Under the pieces are notes generated by a model, which was not told where the DNA came from, made no database searches, and was given only the letters and a program-made list of their open reading frames with translations. A stretch of DNA of 64,000 nt. Origin: a virus (taxonomy: Duplodnaviria > Caudoviricetes). Below are positions 30,501 through 38,283 of this stretch, piece by piece. The DNA is taken from IMG/VR virus record IMGVR_UViG_3300042988_001200; one strand, given 5' to 3'. A program made the position numbers and the translations under genes. Numbering within the stretch: the first letter of the stretch is position 1; each line of letters begins with the position of its first letter.

Positions 30501-33500
30501 CTATATTCATTTAATCTATTAACCATAGCTTCTATACTATGAATCTCTTCATTATATAGAGCTACTTTATACTCATTATAGATAGATTCAAAGATATATC
30601 TATCAAACTCATCTCTTTTAGTTACATATCCGACCCCACCATATTTAGCAAACTCTACTAAAGCTATATCTCCTATAGGAGTTTTCTTAATTCCATGTAT
30701 AGATAAACCCCCTTCTTCTATACTTTCACTTATAGAACCACCTTCTGCTACACCTCTAATAGCTCCTTCTGTACCCTTACCAGTAGTATCTGAAGGACCA
30801 AATATATAAGGTTGGGCTATAGCAAATCTAAATATATTGCTTATACCATCCCCTCTTTTCTTTAAATTACTAAGGAAAACTCTTTGAGACCTATTAATTC
30901 CATATAAAGGAGTTTTGAATTCAGCCTGGTTATCTGTATAAGTAGATACCTGTTTCTGTGTAATAAAGGGTTCTAGTAGTCCAGCTTTAACTAACTTAAT
31001 GGCATTAATAAAGCTATCATCGTACATAAATTCCCTTCTACTCTCTATAATTCCAAGAGCAATGTCTGATTGAAATGTATGTATATCCCCTATTCCCATA
31101 CTTAAATCGAACCCTTCTCTTATACTTTCTATAACAGCTTCCTTACTAAAGAGTAGTTGTCTCTTATTAGATTCAGATAAATTACTATCTTTAAGAGCTC
31201 TATTAATAGTTCTAATAGCTTGTAATCCTTTAATAACCCTAGTTCTTATATCTAAGTCATTAGAGTTATCTACTAATTGATATGACATAAGGGAAGAACT
31301 CTTAAGCTGAGAGACTATATCCTCTCCCCCTCTAAGGTTTAAAGAGGCTTTAAATGAGCCACTAATACCTATTCCATGTCTCTGTTCAAACTTTGTTATT
31401 AAATTAGTTATCTCTATATCTGATAGGGAACTAGACCTTAAGAAGTCTCCAGCTATGCCATTATATCTAGATACTCTCCCATAAGTTAAATACTCTAGAT
31501 AATCTAACCCAGCTTTACCTAACATACTATTACCCTGAACATTCTCCTTTTTACTTAGAGACCTCATATAATGCAAAGGTTGAGTTATTAAAGCTCTATA
31601 AGTCATCTCCCCAGCTAAAGAAGATATAACGTTAGAAAATGTTTCTATAGGTGTTAGTAATAAACTCTCCCTGCTCTTTAATGGTTTATATTGAAGACTA
31701 TAAGAACCATCATCTCTCCTAGTAAAGGAATCTTTACCATAAGGAAGATTTATAGTCTCTTCTTGATTATTAATAAATAGACTTTTACCTACTAGCTTAT
31801 TCTGGTCTATAAGATATATAAACCCACTTTTATTATTTAATCCCCCTTTTAAAGCTGTAACTCTAAAGGAGGAATTATTATATGTAACCCCAGCTTTATG
31901 TCCACTTATTAATGAACCTGCATTAATATCTACCTGTATACTTATTAGTTCTCCATGTTGACCATAAGATTTCTTTATAGATATACCTTCCCCTTTACCT
32001 AGTCCCATTTCTTTATTAAGGGCTTCTAGTCTAGCTATAAGAGTGTTAAGAGAAGCTCTATCCACTTTATTAGTCCATGAGGCTTTACTAGAGGATAGAG
32101 AACTATCTACATTACCTACTTTAGTTCTAGTTAATCTAAACCACTCTCTTTCTAGGTGTTGACCCTCTGAGGCTTTAAAGTCCTCCATCTCCTCTGACAT
32201 ACTATCTTTACTTCTATATAGAGTCCCCTCTCTTTCACCATATCTCCTCATATCTCTAGCTAGATTAATAATACCCACTTCCCCACTAGTAGTATCATCC
32301 CCTACATCAAAGGCTAAGGAGGAACTACCAAAGTTAGATGAACCTTGTATAGCTCCTATATGTTTAAAGGAATCATCCTCCCCTCTATACCTTTGTATGG
32401 CAAATATATTCTTTACATGACTCATAGTCTCTGTAACCTCTATAATATTCCCACTAGTTATAGCTAGTATCTGAAGGGCTGTTCTATAACTAGACTCACT
32501 ACTTACCTTATTATAGAATCTGGATAATTTATCTCTAGGGTCAATGAATTTATCTATAGATACTCCATAGTTAACTCCCCCTTTATCTAATCCTAAAAGA
32601 TTAATAAGGGCTTTAGAGTCTCTATTTACTGCATTAGTAAGAGTTCTTAGAGAACTACTGTATCTATCTTCAAATACCTTAGAACCTAATCTAACAGTAG
32701 ATTCATAATCTAGGGAGGTGTTCTCCATTCTACCTAGGAGATAACTAACTTTCTCTATAGTAGGTTCTAGAACTTTATCTCTATAGTTTCTAATATCAAC
32801 AGAGACATAGGCTCTTCCCTTATTAACTAGCTCAAAGAACTTATATTGAATCTCACTTCTATAGATAGAGTCTCGGTTATTACCTTTATTCCTTATTAAG
32901 AATGTTTCTATAGGTATAGTTCTAGATTTACCAGAGGGACCAAACTCTCCACTATAATCCCCTTTCTTACCATAATAGATATCATCATCTAGTTGAAGGA
33001 GCCATACCTGGTTAAGGTTAGCGTATAGTTCTATAGGTTTATCATATGTAGATTTACTAGAAGCATATTTAATCATAGTCCTAAGTCCCTGTCCTATATC
33101 CCCGGCATTACCTATTTGATTACCAGTAACAGCTCTTCTAGTTTTAATCTCATTAAGAGCTATCATCCTAGCTTGGAGGTATAGATGTGTATCTATATAC
33201 TCCTGTTTCTTCTCCTTTGTCATAGAACTAGAGAAGGAGCTTCTTATATCTAAAGCTGTTCTTTTAACTCCATCCATATCTGGAATATAGTAGCTAGATG
33301 AATTAGGATTTATTCTATCTAGTCTATTATGAAGAATGATTACTTCTTCATAGTTAGACCCTGCTACTGAAGGACTATTACCTACTGGAGAAGTTAAGTT
33401 AAAGGAGCCTAACATAGCAAACTTCTCAGTAGTATATAACTTAGGGTGATAGCTGCCACTATCTATAAACTCTAGGTTCATATTAGGTAGATAGTTAGCT

Positions 33501-34651
33501 ATAGTGTTATTTATATTACCTGGTGATGTAAGAGTCTCTACATCATTAACTCCTAGGGATATAAGTTTCTCTTTAACAATATCCTTTTGAACTCTATAAA
33601 TCCTTTCCATAATAATAATATTAGGGCCAAGGATTTGATGACCCACCATATTAGCATTACTTCCATTAGAGGGGGCAGCTAGTCTAATACTAAACTTAAA
33701 GTCTCCAGAGGCTATTCTACTAGATTCCCTCTGTAGTTTAGATACTAGTACATCAGATATAGTCTTATTCTGAAGTTGAAATAGGTCTATAGTTAGTTCT
33801 TTATCGGCACTTTCTATAAAAGCAATAGCCATTCTCACACCGGGTTTATATACATAATCACTCTTATCTAGTAACCTAGTGGAGAAATCTTTGACATAAG
33901 AAGTAGATGTAGTAAACCCATAATCCATCCTTTTTAATAGAATCTCTGGATCTGTTCTTATTAATTCATCATGTATCTTGTTAACTCTATTAGTAACTTG
34001 ATACTCTTCTCCAGTTAATAAGTGATTTAAAACCCATCTTCCCTTAGCCATTCCATCTAAATCATTAATATTAGGATTCTCTTTTAGTATCTTAAGACCC
34101 CCATATATGTTCTTATTAACTTCATTACTAACTACTTCAGTAGTGTCATGGTCAAATAAATATCTATATGCAACACTGGAAGTATACCTTTCATACTCTA
34201 TTCGGCGCTTATCCTTTTCCTTCTCAGATAGAGTTGACTCAAAGAAACCATCATTTAATCCAATATTAAACTCTCCAGTTATACGATTAATGGCCTTTAT
34301 CCCACTAGTTGATAGGTTGTATAAATCACTTGAAAAGGCAGAGAATGCGTTTCTAGCTAGAGCTCTAGCTGCTTCTTCATATACATCTACCTTATCCTGT
34401 AGAATATCCTGTTTAACAACTTGTTTTATATAATCCCTTCTTTGAACCTCTTCCTTCTCTGTGTAATAACCCCTATAGTTCTTACTAGAACTTACTCCAA
34501 AATCCTGATTATATTTATCATCATATTGTTCATTAAAAAGGAAATGGGTATTAATAGTATCTTTTAAATGGTCTCTTATTCCTTTCTCATAGAAAGAACC
34601 ACTTAATATTCTATTATCTGTAGGGTTATTACTCCAATTAGGATAGTGCAT
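18533..34651 (-). CDS. Giant 5372-aa protein: tandem PLD domains, two-barrel RNA polymerase and tape-measure-like helical regions (putative virion RNAP)
   Basis: PLD motifs H402PKLY...GSFN and H745VKN...G770SSN. RNAP motifs G1638LNPVILVQLTGDFSD, G2610FKTRHSG, R4115SP, G4172DFDGD, LG4499KTYN and D4574GIKPKAG. A long E/K/L/I-rich coiled coil and Gly/Ala hydrophobic segments at about 5094-5273. Confidence 0.8.
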   Translation of the reverse strand: MHYPNWSNNPTDNRILSGSFYEKGIRDHLKDTINTHFLFNEQYDDKYNQDFGVSSSKNYRGYYTEKEEVQRRDYIKQVVKQDILQDKVDVYEEAARALARNAFSAFSSDLYNLSTSGIKAINRITGEFNIGLNDGFFESTLSEKEKDKRRIEYERYTSSVAYRYLFDHDTTEVVSNEVNKNIYGGLKILKENPNINDLDGMAKGRWVLNHLLTGEEYQVTNRVNKIHDELIRTDPEILLKRMDYGFTTSTSYVKDFSTRLLDKSDYVYKPGVRMAIAFIESADKELTIDLFQLQNKTISDVLVSKLQRESSRIASGDFKFSIRLAAPSNGSNANMVGHQILGPNIIIMERIYRVQKDIVKEKLISLGVNDVETLTSPGNINNTIANYLPNMNLEFIDSGSYHPKLYTTEKFAMLGSFNLTSPVGNSPSVAGSNYEEVIILHNRLDRINPNSSSYYIPDMDGVKRTALDIRSSFSSSMTKEKKQEYIDTHLYLQARMIALNEIKTRRAVTGNQIGNAGDIGQGLRTMIKYASSKSTYDKPIELYANLNQVWLLQLDDDIYYGKKGDYSGEFGPSGKSRTIPIETFLIRNKGNNRDSIYRSEIQYKFFELVNKGRAYVSVDIRNYRDKVLEPTIEKVSYLLGRMENTSLDYESTVRLGSKVFEDRYSSSLRTLTNAVNRDSKALINLLGLDKGGVNYGVSIDKFIDPRDKLSRFYNKVSSESSYRTALQILAITSGNIIEVTETMSHVKNIFAIQRYRGEDDSFKHIGAIQGSSNFGSSSLAFDVGDDTTSGEVGIINLARDMRRYGEREGTLYRSKDSMSEEMEDFKASEGQHLEREWFRLTRTKVGNVDSSLSSSKASWTNKVDRASLNTLIARLEALNKEMGLGKGEGISIKKSYGQHGELISIQVDINAGSLISGHKAGVTYNNSSFRVTALKGGLNNKSGFIYLIDQNKLVGKSLFINNQEETINLPYGKDSFTRRDDGSYSLQYKPLKSRESLLLTPIETFSNVISSLAGEMTYRALITQPLHYMRSLSKKENVQGNSMLGKAGLDYLEYLTYGRVSRYNGIAGDFLRSSSLSDIEITNLITKFEQRHGIGISGSFKASLNLRGGEDIVSQLKSSSLMSYQLVDNSNDLDIRTRVIKGLQAIRTINRALKDSNLSESNKRQLLFSKEAVIESIREGFDLSMGIGDIHTFQSDIALGIIESRREFMYDDSFINAIKLVKAGLLEPFITQKQVSTYTDNQAEFKTPLYGINRSQRVFLSNLKKRGDGISNIFRFAIAQPYIFGPSDTTGKGTEGAIRGVAEGGSISESIEEGGLSIHGIKKTPIGDIALVEFAKYGGVGYVTKRDEFDRYIFESIYNEYKVALYNEEIHSIEAMVNRLNEYRNRRKGGKSTFESSLIQKIDSKYERIIDGSGFKYSDEIVTYTYNVAKKVSQVPQRMKNKLGTRGMYEIDKEISYALLTKGNVNNIIEKRSLNIKVQVVETLFNRLNTTNSGIDTNTKKVLDNLKIVVQEDNIGLYSFNRLIEIAIDRTKGLNNQSKQTILHKLNHLYLKAESYLGEDLSIGIINASGFRGVMTSELASIVEQAKEELKEDFGFKEEDFEYRRGDISLARFMLLYRARSADSLASGTKGFTGTTEGLNPVILVQLTGDFSDYAYANPLYGGSNDDIKELHSLIKQYKGYKNIPLNERVEVMSKIRTMSGFIEKAEKKQKSSKLSEDWVSNGKLLARKGDIITFDTDTNRVLVWGNSSELISETTSGVKQSIELINQSKDVLSTLKQAVLGTEFNKYYSLDRESGHYVLKSMVDSRDQVAFLNGVIDNFRTIDDLPNVSRLDRQTWHRNAANSIEYLVSSKQLTGNADNNQLIWEMVYNRSFILEGGRRVEGIGTLAKAVLKFTSTDFLDIKDSRYQNMDFFSYLAAQFNKTQDGYTKVDVGSIFGLFNPTNLKSHFYSHGSHIVRNEQLLRSLISEFNPNTISNKKGNKLLLSLALAFGNEWMDSDVKKDINTILFESSIKGEMGSFFRNQALGTVISHLNGSSELVGAITGLGDFDTAINAIFNDSDPNYHKYQDIRTKFGSMFGNALVSKTKGLFNTQQTPSLALLDSQMLLKAAKGEQEGINYITSWLERKLVSDLGEGKGLVGREFIRIDNPFEREASILAGSLDLIAQLSKYDNDGITIPTEIDFNNNEIIKQIASIMGDVDLNKLERGSLLEKRSLTSLDKEEKESLDYLNAVRAMVRGFTTQSTVIRLFTDLLASESKESIGSKSTGALEYQHLLKPLMQVSSSFQEQGSISSLRTIVANMLSVVSDSATLHSVSGDIRDRDWIDKKVYDISDIRLGSQLHKSKFLGIYAGVDARTTAYLNQYKKDYESYGALVNNVVNILIKELDSNNLTPESRIDTIEKINQLMTYNPSENEAIRGIIVDMKDKMGSGFDITGALTLLDNISSRRLLDISRYYQLHSDKPFGAGSVSPILDQLNYKSFAFSLPQIYMSEDSSNDIGGKVRLELDYSQKYYSYLMSGAELKGLGDAYGSYIDEIVSRTIFLASAFAPGTAMSNVRDKIVRAKEEGTGVIELDKEELILLKKFYSYAFGDQGIVNLMAEASAGTRAQAAIGFKTRHSGAVTSSAASWLIPNGSILLAKEALNRYTSASPERYELVSLLENIGNSSSSYKEQNVIRAALLAVRGGLSPLGMSYIDEVLTIKKEVDSLIGKLGSINQEDTAVIEPLNRQANSLLSRLELLSNIQIGKNQGDSLAVELAKLEAERIKRSGLVEGDIEENKAYKRDKTKFNKWKRLSEGSKVYKEGIFLIELEVLEDEINRIKTNKGIVYEKTTKPFLNNEYRYNIPSEFLYKMTLDINNRVSGPAGMDLNIFFSIFQSNLVDYSIFPSIQEDLYYNLPEEVLKLVNEASSIFKERLSKANQLELGNIRRVLQVATGVDSIPVSVLFSEYYKRVQSHIEAYAPTFREINRELRDLNELQRINSSGNDPDSLSRKINQINSLPSLINKREELSSILNSFKALEKSGSFDISSSLDYLNSYLVDIESQVESLNKQRLELLSLKRASEGIDKTLINERIKELNSERTRLTKIVEEGKSLSKIVPDNKTVKRIASFIRGIYSSNLSDVNKEIHYIERTIEEIDSSDSIIYRLKLQESKVKGMRPTRDNLSKLEYELDLIKNSKDIDLEDGYIKSKVKILELERDRISSLIGISEELNSIRDDKNRLIKLREEQINLIEQIQKAKEEGKSGTIMVRPNNEDLLIHGNNLQQIEDRIRKVEQELYIKRANITLEQNSLVGRELFPDIKPSDSTSIVLRKELDKSRNEYSNNSISDLENELNRLNRARTSIQQSIDSTSKSVYLDDYGSRYNSLESKQLELSELEMKYRNATIEFLSSPEAKKRDEEIRERDIKKLESIQQELEEEHKYVNRTISELEGETWLGTTKRLIYQYSREIESRLKYINKIKSSIKIYDRSALETPPWMGLNPSSNGYRILEEDISSYKSRLEILSKIKRNIHLGIHSTEYINKIDKEYTEVKNKLNHLYKVKEYKQDSSRLLLEERELENRLYFLKIAPYEEIADSEWADLTEYKAKLERKQLALTQEISEYESPLELQIKKLDGEIEHLSTRINSIEGLSSLDRYSPVITYLMSREKELKSKYDEINGKAIKEIQSRLGEVDTKSSIQGLSKSISKYKEIIIREEKAASLFLRDIGIDKSIEKREFTRLIESLEINRANIRSEIQEFKKQIHPGNSIEYHSELNQLRELEESITLSINKLIEVRKTTLLEQRSSIISQHRSLKDKVLNIGKEIKLFKEAIRNIFTTYQADTKNQLDELKKRKQELVISQLKLENPSLSEGELETLYKDIDSIKVPKWFGKDKEGNAIEEHQKYIEANENITYEPIKMKLAYIQYRFENIIPQSNQRFKEEYSSIYQHLEGTKDKPGLLQTIESLEGTYKKTKSFSFDEHKYLGGISDIKEKAIVIETALGEYIKSSSSVSQEFSRRARDTFKNSESQIDMLNKNKQGLDDLSSGLAILRKIVKTQSINDTSLKALERIFKSIDPDINIYSLLNINPKLAVTESRVVKGQVVNKYKLTLNESLLSNSIALMEKMMNHLDMRDSIEVLGFRSPPIGGSEQQRMALTVIQDISLLNQAIGQDSMVQYDEERNKGLSLLSPISLLTMNIGDFDGDPYTTIFSQFMDLQRSIESDSIMIKTTEARIRALDTSIDNKVGGLGPLSSYEDRLALEEGIKEEKTRVHILKSEIEEHKVRIANNKAKLYTWRNQLESSSFSKAVKKEVANYLGIRVEHFLGGPEGFQQNDISMNVALTFIEQGRGLFGGLGGTGSSIKKVNSILKDVFINTETTVLSKQQTGIPTTGNNGPNMSLFSYLASVSNAHSGFHLLQDRLKVLAQDETNANRNTYLGILLMGEEAQKDLLDLMYKSIQSIAPNSTSISKEQEEEILARASGLYAARLKSVSSLQSILGQGAGVNMSLTGYDMMVKIMGKAGGDVLGKTYNTFVGTLYQESPLLALSSIIQEESTKQFLRDNDFYNSQGIKEEDFVSSIKRNSDTGEGILAFIKSINQLLRDGIKPKAGGDFIANMERLSSEYESLSDNPDKQRALITREAGKFGPSGSNVGMDVFMQLGSLVRNRETLSEDGRVKLMNGVIVSSFWGGATSTKNEQILASDLSIDNTQYERLVQELNTFGNKEEISAFDIGALKVKRDLESLVIAYRYNITTGASGYDKGEQSSFLDTIFSGYIGIISRELGKDRDQVNGEDIQDFINKRFNSDTAEGSRNLHILSRIFNKNEEDIKSNYLNLDTNKGGAREVLSMLEIINTTTEFTDKMMGKYGEGLSRFTDMEGARQKTISLMGGNSSNTELLGADIWDTMLNLAGSNKLSSHAIPAVWDTFASNEFLKTNFKGNIPLLMTGIKKENGKIVDTFAYKLANMPEEEAKKDFQSRLALFNAIESGSSMEYKDENGNTINTTLEKYLSNKLETTASMAKGRALNEFLTKMYGKKEEIDSYVEGESFIKALLGENHGLSITEIEQIERQYNKATSEYRQHKLASLRTKVDTGSSNAYAQSLTPNFNNLSQAVQFNNINNFMELALPLALTTIGSAVINGTINPDAIGNIVGGTIFSIAYGKKGTSIDPKAMLTKSMIGGSFKLNMALSETDGDLGEAIGLAAAREIGFTLGASVVAPFVEKSAINSMMSLSHLSSYKAQMYREAKLSQLSSNEKLRYLFNSNKGALDYDAMGGKRIAAQSITSAVLSGLFGMVGAGIAGSMMQPITDNQSEFTIIERAIEAIDEQLISEAYSTEQDTNDPDIYSEDGGFIQWEEMVRVSESIFEGDYISNEFSVPEGLFAMVSNNSVVELTIDNSEYEDLV

Positions 34652-34679
34652 AATATAAATACAATTAAGAATAAGATAT

Positions 34680-34862
34680 ATGAATAAAGATTTACAAGAA
34701 CCTCTATATAAAGAATGTAGAGGTAAGACTTTAGATAGTCGTATTAAATCTGCCCCCTTTTCTTATAGATACTTTTCTATAAGGTCATATAAGTCTAATT
34801 CCTTTGAGGAAATGGAGATAAAAAGACAATTAGAAGAGGAACTATATTATACGACTATTTAA
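34680..34862 (+). CDS. Hypothetical protein
   Basis: 60-aa ORF starting 28 nt from the divergent giant ORF. Confidence 0.45.
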   Translation: MNKDLQEPLYKECRGKTLDSRIKSAPFSYRYFSIRSYKSNSFEEMEIKRQLEEELYYTTI

Positions 34863-34903
34863 TTATGTTATATTAGAACAAGTTATATATTAGTAATATA
34901 AAT

Positions 34904-35344
34904 ATGAACACATTAAGTAATGTAGCTTTAGGTCCTTTTGAGTTACCCTCTGGAAAGGTAATTACGTTTAGAACTTTATCTTTTAAAGAAAGAAGAGAAT
35001 TGCTTTCTAAGTGGCAGAAGAATGATGGTAGAACCCAAGGTTATCTTCTAGAAGAATATTTTATGGCTGCTGCTTTAGTAACAGAGGATAATCAAGGAGT
35101 TATTGATGAGTATCAATCTTCAGATGGTTATATTGCTAGACTTGACCATTGGTCAATGAAAGATACCTCTTATTATATGGAAGCCTTTATTATCATTAAT
35201 GGTGTAGGTGAGAGAGAAAGACCTAATATTGAGGCAGAGGTAAAAAAAATACTTGGGGTTACTCCAGGTACACCCTTACCCCCTCCCCCACCCGTTTCTC
35301 AGGAGAGTACCTCCTCTCTACCCAAAGGGCTAAAGATTATGTAA
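34904..35344 (+). CDS. Tail assembly chaperone (gpG-like)
   Basis: FELPSGKVITFRTLSFKERREL at the N-terminus, and a slippery site linking it to the next ORF. Confidence 0.78.
   Translation: MNTLSNVALGPFELPSGKVITFRTLSFKERRELLSKWQKNDGRTQGYLLEEYFMAAALVTEDNQGVIDEYQSSDGYIARLDHWSMKDTSYYMEAFIIINGVGERERPNIEAEVKKILGVTPGTPLPPPPPVSQESTSSLPKGLKIM
35242..35248 (+). other. -1 programmed ribosomal frameshift site, A-AAA-AAA
   Basis: The 0 frame reads GTA AAA AAA ATA. The -1 frame is closed by TGA at 35230-35232, then open from the slip site through 35431 to 35874. Confidence 0.85.
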
Positions 35345-35430
35345 TTCCTCCCATCCAAGTATGGGGAGTATTAGATGTTTATTATTCATATGAACTAAAT
35401 AATCTATCTACATTATTCCCCACACCTTTA

Positions 35431-35874
35431 ATGCCTATAGCTCCACTATTATATATAGGGTTAAAAGAAAGATATCTTATTAATATACCTATAGATACAT
35501 TAAGTAGAGCTATAGATAGTCTAAGATTTATTCCTCCTTCCTATGCCGGTTCTTTATACTATGACCCTAATATCCCTTATTACTTTAGTTTATTAGTTGA
35601 TGCTATTTCCACTAATATAGTAGAGCAGACTCAACTAGATAACTGGATAAGAATATGTCAAGTATGTCCTCTACCCTTATTTCAAGATATAGCTTATTTA
35701 GAGTTAGATATCTTTTGGAGTACAGCTATAGCTAAGGCGGTAGATAGTTATGTTAGAGAGCAGAATAAGAAACAGGATGAAGTAATGAAGAATCTAGAGA
35801 AGAAGTTAATTAAAGAGGATATACCTACAAGTAACTTTAATCACATACCCATGCCCAAGAATTATGGAATGTAA
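35431..35874 (+). CDS. C-terminal part of the frameshifted chaperone (gpT-like; fusion product 34904..35874)
   Basis: Lies in the -1 frame relative to 34904 and is continuous with KKNTWGYSRY...STLFPTPL upstream of its ATG. Confidence 0.75.
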   Translation: MPIAPLLYIGLKERYLINIPIDTLSRAIDSLRFIPPSYAGSLYYDPNIPYYFSLLVDAISTNIVEQTQLDNWIRICQVCPLPLFQDIAYLELDIFWSTAIAKAVDSYVREQNKKQDEVMKNLEKKLIKEDIPTSNFNHIPMPKNYGM

Positions 35875-35880
35875 ATAAAT

Positions 35881-37257
35881 ATGGATAGAACTCCAGTAGA
35901 GAATAAGACAACACAACTAGAGAGTAGCCCTCCTAGTATAGATTTAATCCCTTCTTATAAAAGGAAACCCCCAGTAATAAGACAGATGGGTAGAACCACT
36001 TCTTATATCTCTACTGGAGATGACCTCTTTACCTCTTGTGTTAGACCTAGTATCCAACAACTATCCTTATGGGATTCAGCTAGAAGGAAAGAACCTATTC
36101 TATTTGATGGGTTACAAAAGATGGTAGGAGCTGTTAGAGCTAAGTATGCTGGATGTAGTCATCCAGACCCTATTATTAATACTTTTGTTAATAGAGTTCT
36201 AGAGAATAGAATACTTGAATGGGTAGGCTCTATAACTAATACTATGCTATGGAGTGGGTTCTGTGTAGGAGAGATAGTCCATGAATATAAGACTGGTATT
36301 AATGGGGAGAAGCAGGTATGGATAAAGGACTTTTTTACTTACCACCCTATAGAGCCTAGATTTATATTAAATAAACAGGGACTTCTTACTCATGGCGAGT
36401 TAATGGAAGAAAGTTCTTTATCTACAGGTATATGGGTTCCAGCTCCGGAGTATTTATCATCTAAAAGAGCTATAAATCATTCTTTTACAGGTAGTCATGT
36501 TAGATTACCTAAGACTAAAGTTTTTCATATAGCTTTTAATTCAGAAGGTAATAATCCTTATGGAATGTCTCAATTAGAAGCTGCTACTAAATATCATATA
36601 TATAAAGAAACCTTCTTAGAGATGGAGGCAGCCGCTCTTGATAGATATGGGACTCCCCTTATTTACTGTACTGTACCCTTACAAAAGACTAAGGAATCAG
36701 TGCAAGAGCCTGATGGTTCTATAAGGGACCTTTATTACCATGAAGTAATAAGTAATCATCTAGCTGATTTGAGGTCACAGCAGACCATAGTTTTATCTTA
36801 TGCTGATAAAGATAACCCACCTAAGTTAGAGGCTCTTACTACAGGTAATAACTTTAGTGATACGTTTAATATGGGTATAGAACTCTGTGATAGTAATATG
36901 ATGATAGCTCTAGGTATACCTAATCTAATACTAAAAGATAATAATCAGGGGTTAGGGACTGGTGGTGCAGCAGAGAGACAAATGGAGGCATTCCATTTAT
37001 TTATTACAGATATATTTAATACAGTAACTAATAAGATAATAGAACAGGTTATTACTCCTTTAATTCTATGGAACTTTGATATAGATAAGCATCCATTAGC
37101 TACTCAACCTGTTACCTTTCTATCTAAACCTATTAGATGGTCAGAGAATCAGGTTCTGGTTAATGTTATTAAAACACTAACAGAACTTAATTATATAAAC
37201 CCAGAGGACCCTAAACATAAGGCTTGGGTACTAGATATGTTTAATATACCTAAATAA
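35881..37257 (+). CDS. Portal protein (Mu gp29/DUF935-like)
   Basis: GFCVGEIV, FNSEGNNPYGMSQLEAATKYHIYK...LDRYGTP, IELCDSNMMIALG; it lies upstream of the protease and capsid genes. Confidence 0.85.
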   Translation: MDRTPVENKTTQLESSPPSIDLIPSYKRKPPVIRQMGRTTSYISTGDDLFTSCVRPSIQQLSLWDSARRKEPILFDGLQKMVGAVRAKYAGCSHPDPIINTFVNRVLENRILEWVGSITNTMLWSGFCVGEIVHEYKTGINGEKQVWIKDFFTYHPIEPRFILNKQGLLTHGELMEESSLSTGIWVPAPEYLSSKRAINHSFTGSHVRLPKTKVFHIAFNSEGNNPYGMSQLEAATKYHIYKETFLEMEAAALDRYGTPLIYCTVPLQKTKESVQEPDGSIRDLYYHEVISNHLADLRSQQTIVLSYADKDNPPKLEALTTGNNFSDTFNMGIELCDSNMMIALGIPNLILKDNNQGLGTGGAAERQMEAFHLFITDIFNTVTNKIIEQVITPLILWNFDIDKHPLATQPVTFLSKPIRWSENQVLVNVIKTLTELNYINPEDPKHKAWVLDMFNIPK

Positions 37258-37259
37258 AG

Positions 37260-38282
37260 ATGCCACAAGTATTTCATAAAGATATAAAGCCTCAAGATGT
37301 ACACCCCCCCTACTCTTTTATATTTAATACAGCAATACAAAGAGAGGCTGCTCTTGTTACTAATAATGATATTGGGAAACTAGCTAGACAAATAGATGAG
37401 GATTCTATATATATACTTACATCTACAGCTCCTACTTGGATAAAACTATTAATGCAAGGGGATAGTACCTTTCCTTCTGGTATAGCTGGTGGGGATTTAA
37501 GTGGAGTGTATCCTAATCCTAGAGTTATAGCAGACTCTCATAGTCACACCCCAGGTTTGACTGTTCCTTTATATCCAACTACTTTACCCCCTTCAGGTAT
37601 AGCTGGAGGAGATTTAACAGGTTCTTATCCTAATCCTGAACTATCTAATACTGGAGTAATACCTGCTTTATATCACTATCCTTCTATAGAAGTGGATAGT
37701 AAAGGAAGGGTAAGATCTATACAAAGTAATCCTAAAGGAGAAACTAATTTAGGTACTTCTTTAGGTAATGGATTACCTATATATAAAGATAAGCAGGGAT
37801 TTAATCTTTTATTTAGGTCTATTAAAGGAGAGGGGGGTATAGATATAACTAATGTACTAGATACACTAGTAGTAAGACCTGGGAATAATCTAGCGCTTTT
37901 ATCGGGTTCTACATTTACAGGTCCTATATCTACCCCTTCTCTGGCTTCTCCTCTAATAGAGACTAGTAGATTAGTCTCTAGTATTTATATGTCAGGTACT
38001 GGGGGTTCTTGGAATATAAGAGCTCAGGATGGGAATATACAGACTAGAACTATAGCTAGTTCCTGTTATATATCCTCTATCTCTGGTTGTAGAGAAGGAG
38101 AAAGATACACTCTAGTGATTAGACAGAATAGTATAGGAGGACATAATATTACCTTTAGTCAAGAGTATAAATTTTGTAGAGGAGACACTTTATCTATATC
38201 TCCTAATAGTATATCTACTATAGATATACTAGTTACTCACTTATCTGAGTATTTATGTACTATAAAAAAAGATTATATATAA
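37260..38282 (+). CDS. Fiber or head-appendage protein
   Basis: Duplicated PSGIAGGDL(S/T)GxYPNP, plus IEVDSKGRV and C-terminal YTLVIRQNSIGGHNITF, all typical of phage fiber proteins. Confidence 0.7.
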   Translation: MPQVFHKDIKPQDVHPPYSFIFNTAIQREAALVTNNDIGKLARQIDEDSIYILTSTAPTWIKLLMQGDSTFPSGIAGGDLSGVYPNPRVIADSHSHTPGLTVPLYPTTLPPSGIAGGDLTGSYPNPELSNTGVIPALYHYPSIEVDSKGRVRSIQSNPKGETNLGTSLGNGLPIYKDKQGFNLLFRSIKGEGGIDITNVLDTLVVRPGNNLALLSGSTFTGPISTPSLASPLIETSRLVSSIYMSGTGGSWNIRAQDGNIQTRTIASSCYISSISGCREGERYTLVIRQNSIGGHNITFSQEYKFCRGDTLSISPNSISTIDILVTHLSEYLCTIKKDYI

Positions 38283-38283
38283 A

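Noticed and set aside
18577-34433. Plus-strand ORFs inside the giant gene (for example 20613..21035, 22296..22646, 24213..24590, 34107..34433)
   Set aside because: They are antisense shadows of a 16-kb open frame, rich in Ser/Leu/Ile, with no motifs.
18533-34651. N4-type (T7-like) virion RNA polymerase
   Set aside because: The motifs found are of the double-psi-barrel class (RxP, DxDGD), not the right-hand polymerase motifs.
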